A DNA stretch of 64,000 bases from Thermoanaerobaculia bacterium (GCA_963664405.1 OY761158.1:4032001-4096000); one strand, 5' to 3'. Shown: positions 29,804-39,726, counted from the stretch's first letter. The notes: generated from the sequence alone by a model not told the origin. A program made the numbers and translations.

Positions 29804-31933
29804 ATGCCCAAGATCAGCTCATGTTTTGGTGACACGCCGAGGCGCCGTTGTCGTCCTTCGTCGGCTCCCCAGCGTCCCTCGCCTTGCTCAGCCGCTAAAC
29901 GCTCGGTTGGCTTCATCGTCACAACCCTCTTGGTACTGGCGGGCTGCACTCTGTCTCGGGCGCCGGACCTGAGCGGTGGCGAAGCCGCTCCGGATCCGGA
30001 CCTGACGGTGCCCAATTTCACCGAGATGGCTCTGCTTCTACTCCTCGCTGATCGACTGACCTACGAGCCCTTCTCCCTCGATCGAGCAGCAGCGGGGGGT
30101 CCAGAGGCTCGGCGCTTACTCGCCGATACGCTAGCGCGACTGGGCGACCCGCGAGCGGTCCCGCTCCTCGAAGCCCTTCTGCTCGACGAGGATGCCGAGG
30201 TTCGGCGTCGAGCCGTTTTCGCCCTCGGGAGGGTTGACGGCGACGCTGCCGCCCTCCTCCTCCTTCGGCAGCAGGCACTAGGGGAGAGTAGCGCCCGGGC
30301 AACGTTGGCCGTACAAGGACTAGCGATACAGGGCCTCGATGCCGCCGCCGTCGAGTCGGCGCTGCGCGGGCTCCCGGCGCAAGAGCTTTGGGTGCGACTG
30401 TTGCCCGATCTTCATCTTTTCCCCGCCGATCGGACTCGAGAGCTGCTTGCGATCGGGGGTCTTGCCGCCGAAGAAGGCTGGCTGCGGCGCCGTGCGGCCT
30501 TTGTTCTGGGTCGGACCGCGCAGCCTCGGCATCGGCAGATCCTGTTATCTCTTCTCGACGATGAGGATCCAGGAGTAAGAGTCCTGGCGACGGCGGCCCT
30601 GAGTGAGGTCGGCATCGCCTCCGATCTCGATCGTCTGCTGCAGCTCTGTGCTGAGAGTGACACTTCGCTGGTAGCCGAGTCTCTACGCACTGCGGCGCGA
30701 ATCATCCGCTCGGGCCGGGCCGCTGCGCCTCCAAGCTGGAGAGCTCTTCTCCTCCAACTGTTGGAGGATCCGCGCCCCGCCGTGGGTGTTGCAGCCCTCG
30801 AGGCGGCCTCCGCCTGGCTGCTCGACGATGAGATCGGGGCCGAGCTCGCTCGGTTGGCCGTTTCGGGGAGTGTGCTCGAGCGCCGTCTTGCTTTACGAGG
30901 GCTCGCCCGTGCGCGGGACCCTCGTGCTGCCGATCTCATGGTGGCGGCTTTCAAGAGTGGTGATCCGGACCTCCGAGCAGAAGCCGCCCGGGCAGCGGGC
31001 GCTCTGGGAGGCGAAGAGATCCTTGTGCGCTTGGTAGGGGACGAGGCTGCTTCGGTTCGGCAGGCTGCATTTCTCGCTCGGCTCGCATCGGGGGGGCCAC
31101 GACAGCCCATCCTCTCCGCGTTCCTTGCGGATGCTGACGCCGGGGTTCGGGCTGCCGCTCTCCGCGAGCTTGTTTCGACGCCGGTACTTCCTTACGAGGA
31201 AATCGTTCATGCGGTCGTCAGAATGGACCCCCAGGTTCCAGCGCCTCTGCTGGAGGGGGTTGGCGCTCTCGAGGCTCGAGCTCTGGCGGCGATCTCTGAG
31301 CGAGGCGCCATCGTCGGAGCGCTCGAGACTCTCGCGCAGGTTTCAACCCATCCGACTCGTGTTGCCGCAGCGACGGTCCTCGCCGAGCTTGGGCGAGCGC
31401 AGCCGCCCCCCGGGCCCGCGACGACGGCGCGGTCGCCGGGTGACTACCGAAGTATCCTCACTCGAACGCGTGCGGTGCGCTGGCTCAAGATGGAGACAGA
31501 GCGCGGCGATGTTGTCTTCAAGGTCGACTGTCCTGACGTTCCCTTGAGCTGCCTGAGCTTTATGCAGCTGGCGAATCAGGGCTTCTTCGACGGTACACGC
31601 TTTCATCACGCTGTTCCTGGACGACTCCTCGAGGGCGGAGATCCGAGAGGAGACGGCTGGGGGGGGCCTGGCTTCACTCTTCGCGACGAGATCGGCGCCC
31701 ACCGGCTGGCCAGTGGCTCTCTGATTCTGGCCAAGTCCGCGCCGCACTCGAGTGGCAGTCGCTTTCTCATTCTTCTCGCCGACGCTCCCGCTCTCGAGGT
31801 CACTCATACTCGGCTCGGCGAAGCGGTGAGCGGCGCCGCGCTGCTCACCGACCTGATCGAGGACGATCTGATACTTCGGCTGCGAGAGACAGGCGAGCCT
31901 GGCCGTCCTCGGGCGGCGCACGATCGGCCCTAG
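29804..31933 (+). CDS. HEAT-repeat lipoprotein with C-terminal cyclophilin-like domain (start uncertain)
   Basis: LAG-C lipobox; repeated D.D..VR..A..AL; FFDGTRFHH, GGDPRGDGWGGPGF. Confidence 0.85.
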   Translation: MPKISSCFGDTPRRRCRPSSAPQRPSPCSAAKRSVGFIVTTLLVLAGCTLSRAPDLSGGEAAPDPDLTVPNFTEMALLLLLADRLTYEPFSLDRAAAGGPEARRLLADTLARLGDPRAVPLLEALLLDEDAEVRRRAVFALGRVDGDAAALLLLRQQALGESSARATLAVQGLAIQGLDAAAVESALRGLPAQELWVRLLPDLHLFPADRTRELLAIGGLAAEEGWLRRRAAFVLGRTAQPRHRQILLSLLDDEDPGVRVLATAALSEVGIASDLDRLLQLCAESDTSLVAESLRTAARIIRSGRAAAPPSWRALLLQLLEDPRPAVGVAALEAASAWLLDDEIGAELARLAVSGSVLERRLALRGLARARDPRAADLMVAAFKSGDPDLRAEAARAAGALGGEEILVRLVGDEAASVRQAAFLARLASGGPRQPILSAFLADADAGVRAAALRELVSTPVLPYEEIVHAVVRMDPQVPAPLLEGVGALEARALAAISERGAIVGALETLAQVSTHPTRVAAATVLAELGRAQPPPGPATTARSPGDYRSILTRTRAVRWLKMETERGDVVFKVDCPDVPLSCLSFMQLANQGFFDGTRFHHAVPGRLLEGGDPRGDGWGGPGFTLRDEIGAHRLASGSLILAKSAPHSSGSRFLILLADAPALEVTHTRLGEAVSGAALLTDLIEDDLILRLRETGEPGRPRAAHDRP

Positions 31934-31956
31934 GGTAGACTCGACTCGGCTCCGTA

Positions 31957-32130
31957 ATGATGATGCAGAATCTTGCATGGACCCTCCAGGTACTGGCGTT
32001 GGTCATTGTCGGGACTTCGCTCCTGGTGGGCCTCGTCTATGGCCAGATTCGTACAGAGCTCGCCATGATGGCGGTAGGCGGGGCTCTCTTCCTCTTCGCC
32101 CGCTGGCTCGCCGGTGAACAGGGCGGGTAG
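31957..32130 (+). CDS. Small 57-aa two-TM membrane protein (not in ORF track)
   Basis: MMMQNLAWTLQVLALVIVGTSLLVGLVYGQIRTELAMMAVGGALFLFARWLAGEQGG; fills the gap between genes. Confidence 0.65.
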   Translation: MMMQNLAWTLQVLALVIVGTSLLVGLVYGQIRTELAMMAVGGALFLFARWLAGEQGG

Positions 32131-32158
32131 GTTTGGCTCCAGGTCGCCCGAGACCGCT

Positions 32159-32184
32159 TGCAACCTTTCCTCAGCCCCCTCGTA
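32159..32184 (+). promoter_or_regulatory. Putative ECF-sigma autoregulatory promoter
   Basis: TGCAAC-N16-CGTA just upstream of the ECF sigma gene. Confidence 0.55.
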
Positions 32185-32203
32185 CCTACCCGTGATTCGC
32201 GGA

Positions 32204-32779
32204 ATGGCGCAACTAAGAGACGAAGAGCTTGTTGCAGCCGTTCTCGAAGGGGAAGTGGAGAAGTATGAGGAGCTCGTCTCGAGGTACCAAGGTCGTGTTG
32301 TCAACTACCTCTATCGCCTGTTGCGCTCGTTGGACGATGCTCACGACCTCGCCCAAGACGTATTTCTCCGGGTCTATCGCGCCCTGGACCGTTTCGACCC
32401 TCAGTACAAGTTCTCTACGTGGTTGTTCAGAGTGGCGAAGAACGCGGCCATCGACTCTGTCCGCAAACGGCGAATCCGCACGGTGTCGATGGAGCGACCC
32501 CAGAATGAAGAAGGCGATAGCTCCAGCTTCGACTTTCCTAGCCCTGACCCCGATCCCTATGGCGATGCCCGCAATCTCGAGCGCAGACAGGCGATCGGTT
32601 CTGCGATCGAGGAGCTTCCCGCCGAATATCGGGAGCTCGTTCAATTGCGGCACTTCGCCGAGCTGTCCTACGGAGAGATCGCGGAGCTAAAAGAGATGCC
32701 TCTCGGTACCGTAAAGAACAAATTGTTCCGAGGGCGTCAGATGTTGAAAGAGAAGTTGGCGGACTTCCTCACCGACTGA
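32204..32779 (+). CDS. ECF RNA polymerase sigma factor (SigW/RpoE-like); alternative start GTG 32192
   Basis: DEELV, AHDLAQDVFL, FSTWLFRVAKN, LSYGEIA..PLGTVKNKLFRGR. Confidence 0.95.
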   Translation: MAQLRDEELVAAVLEGEVEKYEELVSRYQGRVVNYLYRLLRSLDDAHDLAQDVFLRVYRALDRFDPQYKFSTWLFRVAKNAAIDSVRKRRIRTVSMERPQNEEGDSSSFDFPSPDPDPYGDARNLERRQAIGSAIEELPAEYRELVQLRHFAELSYGEIAELKEMPLGTVKNKLFRGRQMLKEKLADFLTD

Positions 32780-32792
32780 GGCACTGAACAAA

Positions 32793-33266
32793 ATGAGCCA
32801 CGACCGCAAGCTGGAATCTAGCGCTGTGACCCCAAGAGACGAGGATGTCGACAGCCTCGGTCTTCTTCTCGCTGAGCTCAGGGTGCCGGTCAGAGAGGGC
32901 TTCGCGTCGCGCGTCATGTCGAGCCTTCCTGCTCCGGCTTGGAAGAAGAGTAGTCGGGCTCAGTGGTTGTGGGCGGCGGCGGCAGTACTCCTTCTCTTTT
33001 CCGGATCAGCGATCCTGCTCGGCCTCGGAGACTCCGCTCTCGGTGGAAGCGCCGCCGCCGTCGCCGAGCTTCTAGCTGCCACCTTGTCGGCCGGCGCCGG
33101 GTTCGCGGCGGCCAGTTGGAGTGGTTTGGGCCATGCGGTTGACGCTGCTCTCGACGGATCGATCTCCGCCCTGATCGGACTGGGCTTGGCTGCGGTTGGT
33201 GCGAACCTCTTGTTGCTGCGTCTGGTGCGTCGCCGCGCTCACGCCAGGAACCGGTCTGCCGAGTAA
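32793..33266 (+). CDS. Putative membrane anti-sigma factor
   Basis: Follows the ECF sigma gene; GFASRVM motif followed by hydrophobic segments. Confidence 0.6.
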   Translation: MSHDRKLESSAVTPRDEDVDSLGLLLAELRVPVREGFASRVMSSLPAPAWKKSSRAQWLWAAAAVLLLFSGSAILLGLGDSALGGSAAAVAELLAATLSAGAGFAAASWSGLGHAVDAALDGSISALIGLGLAAVGANLLLLRLVRRRAHARNRSAE

Positions 33267-33331
33267 AAACCGGGACGCTGAGAGCGGGAGAGCCTAGCAG
33301 CGGTTCATCCGCTGGCGCGCGCCCTCCTGGG

Positions 33332-33731
33332 CTTGGAGCGTGTCAGAGTATTCGGCCAGAGCCGTTTCCCGGAGTGAATAGGAAGCAACGCCTGAGTGCG
33401 CCGTCCTCGGCGCCAAAAGACAACTAGGTGGGGCGCGCCTAGCGGAGGAAATGATAGCCATCATTTCTGGAGCCTGGGAGCGTGTCCGAGTATTCGTTCT
33501 GAGCCGTTTCCCGAAGCGAATAGGAAGCAAAGCCTGAGTGCGCCGTCCTCGGCGCCAAAAGAACTAGGCGGAGCAAATGATATTCATCATTTCTGGAGCC
33601 TGGGAGCGTGTCCGAGTATTCGTTCTGAGCCGTTTCCCGGAGCGAATAGGAAGCAACGCCTGAGTGCGCCGTCCTCGGCGCCAAAAGACAACTAGGCGGA
33701 GGAAATGATAGCCATCATTTCTGGAGCCTAG
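33332..33731 (+). repeat. Three tandem type-B units (142, 126 and 128 bp) between convergent genes
   Basis: Units start at 33332, 33474 and 33600: ggagcgtgtccgagtattcg...gcgccgtcctcggcgcc...gaaatgatagccatcatttc; ends at a CTAG that is the stop of the minus-strand gene. Confidence 0.95.
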
Positions 33732-34663
33732 CTCGTCTCGAACCACCTCTGCCCGCTGCCGAACTTCGTATTCAGGGTGGCTCCGACTCCAACCAGGGTG
33801 GCGGCAGTCCACGCCCATCCCCCCAGCCAGGGAGCGAACTTGACGAGCCCCAGAACGAGCACGCCAAGGCACGGCGGCCCTAGGAGGTTCCCGCTCCGGC
33901 TGGAGTAGTGCCGCCAGATCGAATCGCCTAAGGCCATGAAGACTGCCGCCATGCCCCAGAGTTTGAGCACGAGGGCGGCTAGTACGACAAGGGCGAGCAG
34001 CGGGATCCCTACCAACACGCCGACGAAAGTGCTGAAGAAGAGGACGGTGAGGAGCAGTGCGAGCACAGCCACCAGGCCGGTCGTGAAGTTGTGCAGCGGC
34101 TCTTGCGAAACGCTCAGTGCGGTGGTTCTCGCCGCCGGTGCGGCTGCTGCCAGGATCACCAAGAGGGTCAGCACCCAGGCCGCGAGTAAGGCCAGCTTGG
34201 CGCCGATGACGGTAGGGGACCATGGCGAGAAGCCCAGCGCCGGACCCTCCGCCAACACCAGTAGCGTGCTCGGCGCCGTCGGATAGGCAACGCTGCGACC
34301 TCGGAGTGTCGCTCCTGCCGCGACTTCGATTCTGCCTCCGAGAACGAAGACGTCGCCACCAACCGTGGCCGAAGAGGTCAGGCTGACGTTCCCGCCGATC
34401 ACGACAAGGTCCCCCTCGGCGACGCCGGAAACCACGATCGACCCTCCGACTGCAGTCACCCCGGCAATGGCCCTGCCTTCGACTTTGACATTGCGGCCAA
34501 GCGCAACTACCTGACTCTCGGCGACGCTACCTTCTTCGATGAGGATCGCAGTGAGCTCGGCAGCGTCACTGGCGCCGGCCGCGACGGAGCCGATCAGGAT
34601 TAGCCACGCGACCAGGCCGACCCGCGCAGCAGCTGTCAGCAGGTGAGGCACTGTTGGAATCAT
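33728..34663 (-). CDS. Membrane protein with N-terminal beta-helix (polymer-forming cytoskeletal-like) repeats
   Basis: V.A.GG.V.V.G repeats (VVALGRNV, VTAVGGSI, VVIGGNV, VFVLGGRI) followed by several TM helices. Confidence 0.75.
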   Translation of the reverse strand: MIPTVPHLLTAAARVGLVAWLILIGSVAAGASDAAELTAILIEEGSVAESQVVALGRNVKVEGRAIAGVTAVGGSIVVSGVAEGDLVVIGGNVSLTSSATVGGDVFVLGGRIEVAAGATLRGRSVAYPTAPSTLLVLAEGPALGFSPWSPTVIGAKLALLAAWVLTLLVILAAAAPAARTTALSVSQEPLHNFTTGLVAVLALLLTVLFFSTFVGVLVGIPLLALVVLAALVLKLWGMAAVFMALGDSIWRHYSSRSGNLLGPPCLGVLVLGLVKFAPWLGGWAWTAATLVGVGATLNTKFGSGQRWFETS

Positions 34664-34813
34664 AGCTCGGAGAAAGTGATCTTGCCTTGACCCTCACCCT
34701 GGGATGCCGTTACGCTGCCGGCCCCTGGCCCACGCGCGGGTTACGGCTGTCGGTGCCGAATCGCGACCGCCTCGACTTGGGTAGACTTTGAGGGCGGACT
34801 CAAGCTGGGGAGG

Positions 34814-36664
34814 ATGAGCCACATGTTCTGTCAGGTTTGCGGGACACTCCAGAGCGACGAGTCCGAGTACTGCGATCGCTGCAATCAGAAGCTCTTGGTT
34901 CTCTCAGGACCGGGGGCGGAAGAGATTCCCGTTGAAGAGAACCCAGAGGAGAACTTCTCTTTCGACGAGCACCTGCTCGAGCGGATCTCGATTCTCGAAG
35001 AGGTGATGAAGCGTACGGCGGAAGCCGTGCGGGAGATGCTCACCACCTTGCAGAAGCAAGAGAAGAACATTCTCATCAATCACACCGGTCTGTCTGCGCT
35101 GGCGGAGACGCTCGACACTCGCGGTGCCTTGTCTCAGGAAGTCTGGAATGATCTTTGGGAAGAGAGAGCTCAGCGACAGCTGCTGGCCTTGGAGAAGCGG
35201 GAGCGCTACGACGCATGCCGGGACCGCATCGCGGCCTTGTATCGCGGGAAGCAGCGCGAGCGATTTCTACTCCACCTCCAGCGGGCCGAGATTCGCTTCC
35301 TCGAGTTCGAGTTGGGGGAGGCCATTCAAGAGCTCGAAGCGGCCTTTACTCTCGACAAAAACAACTATGCACTCGCCCACTTTCTCGGCGAGACCCGTTT
35401 CAACGAAGGCGATGCCGAGGCAGCGCTCGGCTACTTTGTTCGAGCGCTCGAGGTCAAAGAAGACCACTATGACTGCCTGGTCTACAGCGGCGTCATCCTC
35501 TATGAGCAGGGTGATCTGGAGGCGGCCGAAGCGCTTCTCGTCCGTGGCGCGAGTATTTACCCCGATGCCTTTCTTCCGATCTTCTGCCTGGGGGTGATTC
35601 AAGCCCGTCGTGGCGAGATGCGCGAGGCCTCGGTCTTTTTAAACCGCGCACTCGAGATCGATGCCGTTCCCCAGGCCTACTACCTTCTGGGTAGCTGCCA
35701 TCAAGAGCTTGGAGAAGCCGGGCGAGCGATTCGTGCACTCAAGCAAGCGGTGAAGCTCGATCCTTCCTTCGAAGAGGCACACCATCTACTGGGCCTGGCC
35801 TATCTCGATCGCAACTGGAATCGCAAGGCGCTCGAGGCGTTCAGACAGGCTCAGCAGCTGAACCCGAAGCGAATGCGCTACCAAGACGTTGTCGTCTATC
35901 TCTCAGGAGGCTCCGAGGTACCGCTACCGTCGGTGGAGGGCGAGGCCGGCGAATGGCTTGCGCGTGCCGATCGAGGTATGGCCAAAGAGGATTGGCGGGA
36001 GGCGCTGCAGTGCTATCGACGGGCGCTTCACCTAGAGCCCGAGAATCCGACGGTGCTGATGACTCATGCTCTGGCCTGTCTGCAGATGAGCCGTCATCAA
36101 GAGAGCGCCGCAATCACTCGCAAGGTCCTCGAGATGGACCCGGGGGAGATGCTCAAGGCGACGGCCTGCGCGACTCTGATCGAGGCGCTACGAGGCGAGG
36201 GTCGGTATCGCGAAGGCAACCGGGTGGGCACGCGCCTCCTCGACGAAGGGGACTCGAATTTCGCCAAGACCATCGCCTACTATGAGATGGCCTATAACCT
36301 CGCGGAGCTCGAAGAGGACCTCGATCAGGCGCTCGACTATGCGCACCGGTCCGTCGAGTTGGCCCCAGACGAGCTCAGAGAGTTCTCACTGGCCGCGCTG
36401 GGGTGGGTTCATTACAAGCGCCGCGAGTTCGACCAGGCGATCGATTTCTTGTCGCGCTCGACCGAGATCGGGCGCTCGTCGACCACACTCACCCATCTGG
36501 GTATGGCGCTGCTCGCCTCCGGCGAGGACGACCAAGCTAAGAATGTGCTCTCCGAGGCCCGCAGCCTCGGCGAGCCGGACGTTGCGCTGCACGAGAAGAT
36601 GATGGACTTTCTGCGCGACAGTACAAGCTTCTTCGAATCGCTAGAGTACAGCCAGGGAGAGTGA
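34814..36664 (+). CDS. Multi-TPR protein with N-terminal zinc ribbon
   Basis: CQVC-x10-CDRC, coiled coil, many TPR motifs. Confidence 0.85.
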   Translation: MSHMFCQVCGTLQSDESEYCDRCNQKLLVLSGPGAEEIPVEENPEENFSFDEHLLERISILEEVMKRTAEAVREMLTTLQKQEKNILINHTGLSALAETLDTRGALSQEVWNDLWEERAQRQLLALEKRERYDACRDRIAALYRGKQRERFLLHLQRAEIRFLEFELGEAIQELEAAFTLDKNNYALAHFLGETRFNEGDAEAALGYFVRALEVKEDHYDCLVYSGVILYEQGDLEAAEALLVRGASIYPDAFLPIFCLGVIQARRGEMREASVFLNRALEIDAVPQAYYLLGSCHQELGEAGRAIRALKQAVKLDPSFEEAHHLLGLAYLDRNWNRKALEAFRQAQQLNPKRMRYQDVVVYLSGGSEVPLPSVEGEAGEWLARADRGMAKEDWREALQCYRRALHLEPENPTVLMTHALACLQMSRHQESAAITRKVLEMDPGEMLKATACATLIEALRGEGRYREGNRVGTRLLDEGDSNFAKTIAYYEMAYNLAELEEDLDQALDYAHRSVELAPDELREFSLAALGWVHYKRREFDQAIDFLSRSTEIGRSSTTLTHLGMALLASGEDDQAKNVLSEARSLGEPDVALHEKMMDFLRDSTSFFESLEYSQGE

Positions 36665-38385
36665 TGCGCTGGACCCGTTACTACCTTCACACCAGTCGAG
36701 AGGTACCGAGTGACGCCGAAGTGGTGAGCCATCGGCTGATGTTGCGCAGCGGCATGCTCAAGAAGCTCGCGGCCGGCATCTACACTTACCAGCCCTTCGG
36801 CTGGCGCAGCATGAGCAAGATGATGAGCATCGTACGACGAGAGATGGACCGTGCCGGCGTTTTGGAGCTGTCGATGCCGGCGGTCCAGCCCGCCGCGTTG
36901 TGGCACGAGTCGGGTCGGTGGGATGAGTACGGCAAGGAGCTGCTGCGGATTCAGGACCGGCACGGCCGAGACTTCTGCTTCGGCCCCACTCACGAGGAGG
37001 TGGTGACCGACCTGATTCGGGGTGACGTCAAGAGCTATCGTCAACTTCCGCTCAGCTTGTACCAGATTCAGACCAAGTTCCGCGACGAGATTCGGCCACG
37101 CTTCGGGCTGATGCGAGGGCGCGAGTTCCTGATGAAGGATGCGTACTCTTTCCACACCGGCCCAGAGAGCTTGGCCGAGACCTACGCCGAGATGGGGCAG
37201 GCCTACCGTCGCATTTTCGAGGAGTGTCAGCTCGACTACACCGTGGTCGAGGCGGATACCGGGAGCATCGGGGGGTCTTCTTCTCACGAGTTCATGGTCC
37301 TGGCCGAAACCGGCGAGAGCGCGGTCGTTTCTTGTCGATCTTGTGGCTATTCCGCCAACGTCGAGAAGGCGGAGGCTGCTGCGGTCGAGGGAGTCGCAGC
37401 TCCAGAGGGCGAGCTGCCCGCGCTCGAGGAGGTGGCAACACCGGGTGCCACTTCGATCGCCGATGTCAGCGGAGTCCTGAGTTTGCCGGCGGAGCGATTG
37501 GTCAAGACCCTCATCTACGAAGCGGATGGCGAGCTCGTGGCGGCGGTAGTGCGAGGAGACCACGAGCTCAATGAGATCAAGTTGCAGAACCTGCTTGGCG
37601 CAACCCAGGTCCACCTCGCGAGCGAGGAGCGGGTGAAGGAAGCGACCGGTGCTCCCACCGGCTTCGCCGGGCCTGTCGGGCTCGCTTCGGGAGTCCGGCT
37701 CGTAGTGGATCTTGCAGCCCGCGGCCTCGCAGGATTCGGCTGCGGCGCCAACCGTGAGGACGCCCACTTCGTGTCGGTGCACTGGGGGCGCGACGCCGAG
37801 CCGTTGCAGTGGGCTGATTTGCGATTGGTGGTTGGGGGTGATGGATGCCCTCGTTGTGGCACCCCGCTCGAAGAATCCCGCGGCATCGAAGTGGGCCACA
37901 CCTTCATGCTCGGGACCAAATACTCGACCGCTCTCGGCTGCCTCTACACTGACGAGAACGGAGCCGAGCACCCCATGACCATGGGTTGTTACGGCTTGGG
38001 CATTGGGCGCACAGTTGCGGCAGCGATCGAACAGAACCACGACGAAAACGGCATCATTTGGCCGTTGCCCTTGGCGCCCTTCCAAGTGCTTCTGGTGGCG
38101 CTCAACCCCAACGATGAAGCCGTTCTCGAGGCCAGTGAGAAGCTTTATGCCGCCTTGCTCGAAGAGGGCGTCGAGGTCCTCTTCGACGATCGCGACGATC
38201 GCCCGGGGGTCAAGTTCAAGGACGCTGACCTGCTCGGGATCCCGCTACGCGTGGTCATCGGCGCTCGGGGACTGGCGAATGGCGAGCTCGAGTTTTCCCA
38301 CCGTCGTGACGGTGAGAAGCATCTGGTTGCGCCGGAGGATGTCTTAGCCCGGGTTCTCGGGGCTCTCGGCCCCCACCTCGGCTGA
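36661..38385 (+). CDS. proS: Proline--tRNA ligase (bacterial type with INS editing domain)
   Basis: GPTHEE, QTKFRDEIRPRFGLMRGREF, GIEVGHTF, GFAGPVG. Confidence 0.98.
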   Translation: MMRWTRYYLHTSREVPSDAEVVSHRLMLRSGMLKKLAAGIYTYQPFGWRSMSKMMSIVRREMDRAGVLELSMPAVQPAALWHESGRWDEYGKELLRIQDRHGRDFCFGPTHEEVVTDLIRGDVKSYRQLPLSLYQIQTKFRDEIRPRFGLMRGREFLMKDAYSFHTGPESLAETYAEMGQAYRRIFEECQLDYTVVEADTGSIGGSSSHEFMVLAETGESAVVSCRSCGYSANVEKAEAAAVEGVAAPEGELPALEEVATPGATSIADVSGVLSLPAERLVKTLIYEADGELVAAVVRGDHELNEIKLQNLLGATQVHLASEERVKEATGAPTGFAGPVGLASGVRLVVDLAARGLAGFGCGANREDAHFVSVHWGRDAEPLQWADLRLVVGGDGCPRCGTPLEESRGIEVGHTFMLGTKYSTALGCLYTDENGAEHPMTMGCYGLGIGRTVAAAIEQNHDENGIIWPLPLAPFQVLLVALNPNDEAVLEASEKLYAALLEEGVEVLFDDRDDRPGVKFKDADLLGIPLRVVIGARGLANGELEFSHRRDGEKHLVAPEDVLARVLGALGPHLG

Positions 38386-39726
38386 GGACTCGGGCGGCGG
38401 CTCGACACTGAGGCGGACAACTCGGATGCGGTTGCCGTCGATCTCTCGTACCAGCAGCCCCATCGACGCCAGGCTCACCTTGTCGCCGACTTTCGCCGGG
38501 CGTCCGAGCTCGGAGAGAACGATCCCGGCGATCGTGTCTTCGTCTCGGTCGTCGAGCTCGAGGCCCAGCTCGTCTTCGAGATCTGCGATCAACATCGAGC
38601 CTGAGACTTGGTAGACGCCCTCGCCGACGGCGACCAGCTCGGGTACTTCGAAGTCGAATTCGTCCTGGATCTCGCCGACGATCTCCTCGATCACATTCTC
38701 CAGGGTGACGATTCCGCTCACACCGCCGAACTCGTCGAGCACCGCAGCCATGTGGACCTTTTCAGCTCGCATGCGGCGTAGCAGCCGGTCGGCGGTAGCG
38801 GTTTCCGGGACGAAGGAGATCGGGCGCCGAACTTCGTTCAGGGATGCGGGAGTCTGGGTGGCGCGAAACAAGTCCTTGATGTGCACCAAGCCGAGAGTGT
38901 GGTCGAGATCCTCCTCGCAGAGGGGAAAGCGGGTGTGTCCGGAGCTGCGGGCGATGTTCATGTTCTCTTCCATCGGCGCTGCGGTCGAAAGGAAGACGAC
39001 GTCCGAACGCGGAATCATCATCTGTCTGGCATTGCGATCGGAGAGCTCGAAAATGTTGTCGAGCAGCTCTCTCTTGTGCTCGGTCAACTCGCTCTGCTCA
39101 TCGGAGGCTAGGAGTCGGCGAATCTCTTCCTCGCTATGCGCCAGCTCGCCCTCGGCCAAGGGCTGAATGCCGAAGATTCGAAGAAATGCATTCGCGGCAT
39201 GGTTGAGCACCCAAATGACCGGGAAGGTTGCCTTGTAGAAGAGAAATAGCGGGGCGGCGACCCAAAGCGACGTCGCCTCCGGCTTGCGAATCGCCAAGGA
39301 CTTCGGCGCGAGCTCGCCGAGAACGATATGGAGGACTGTGATGGTCGTGAAGGCGACCGCGAGGCTCACTGTGTGAAGCAATGCCGGAGAGGCGAAAGGA
39401 AGACGTTCGAGAGCCGGTTCGAGCAGACGCGCGAATGCAGGCTCGCCAATCCAGCCGAGCGCCAGGCTGGCGAGGGTGATACCGAGCTGAGTGGCAGACA
39501 GATAGGCGTCGAGATGACTGACCATATGGCGGGCCAGGCGCCCACTGCGCTCTCCTCGGTCGGCGTGAGGCTCGATCTGGGTTGGCCGAACCTTGACGAG
39601 GGCGAACTCGGCGGCTACAAAGAAGCCGTTGAGAGCGACAAAGAGGAGGGCGAGTGGGATGGCCAAGCCGGGGCTGAGGGTGAACCCGATCACAGCCGTC
39701 CCCTCGGCGAGGAGCGGCGCGCTCAT
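38344..39726 (-). CDS. Hemolysin-family CNNM/CBS/CorC membrane protein
   Basis: NGFFVAAEFAL, QLGIT, GELAPKS, two CBS domains, GEIQDEFD. Confidence 0.93.
   Translation of the reverse strand: MSAPLLAEGTAVIGFTLSPGLAIPLALLFVALNGFFVAAEFALVKVRPTQIEPHADRGERSGRLARHMVSHLDAYLSATQLGITLASLALGWIGEPAFARLLEPALERLPFASPALLHTVSLAVAFTTITVLHIVLGELAPKSLAIRKPEATSLWVAAPLFLFYKATFPVIWVLNHAANAFLRIFGIQPLAEGELAHSEEEIRRLLASDEQSELTEHKRELLDNIFELSDRNARQMMIPRSDVVFLSTAAPMEENMNIARSSGHTRFPLCEEDLDHTLGLVHIKDLFRATQTPASLNEVRRPISFVPETATADRLLRRMRAEKVHMAAVLDEFGGVSGIVTLENVIEEIVGEIQDEFDFEVPELVAVGEGVYQVSGSMLIADLEDELGLELDDRDEDTIAGIVLSELGRPAKVGDKVSLASMGLLVREIDGNRIRVVRLSVEPPPESSAEVGAESPENPG

Noticed and set aside
36412-38085. 557-aa antisense ORF (likewise 10902-12080 and 62841-63887)
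   Set aside because: Shadow frames opposite proS, istA and metH, expected in GC-rich DNA
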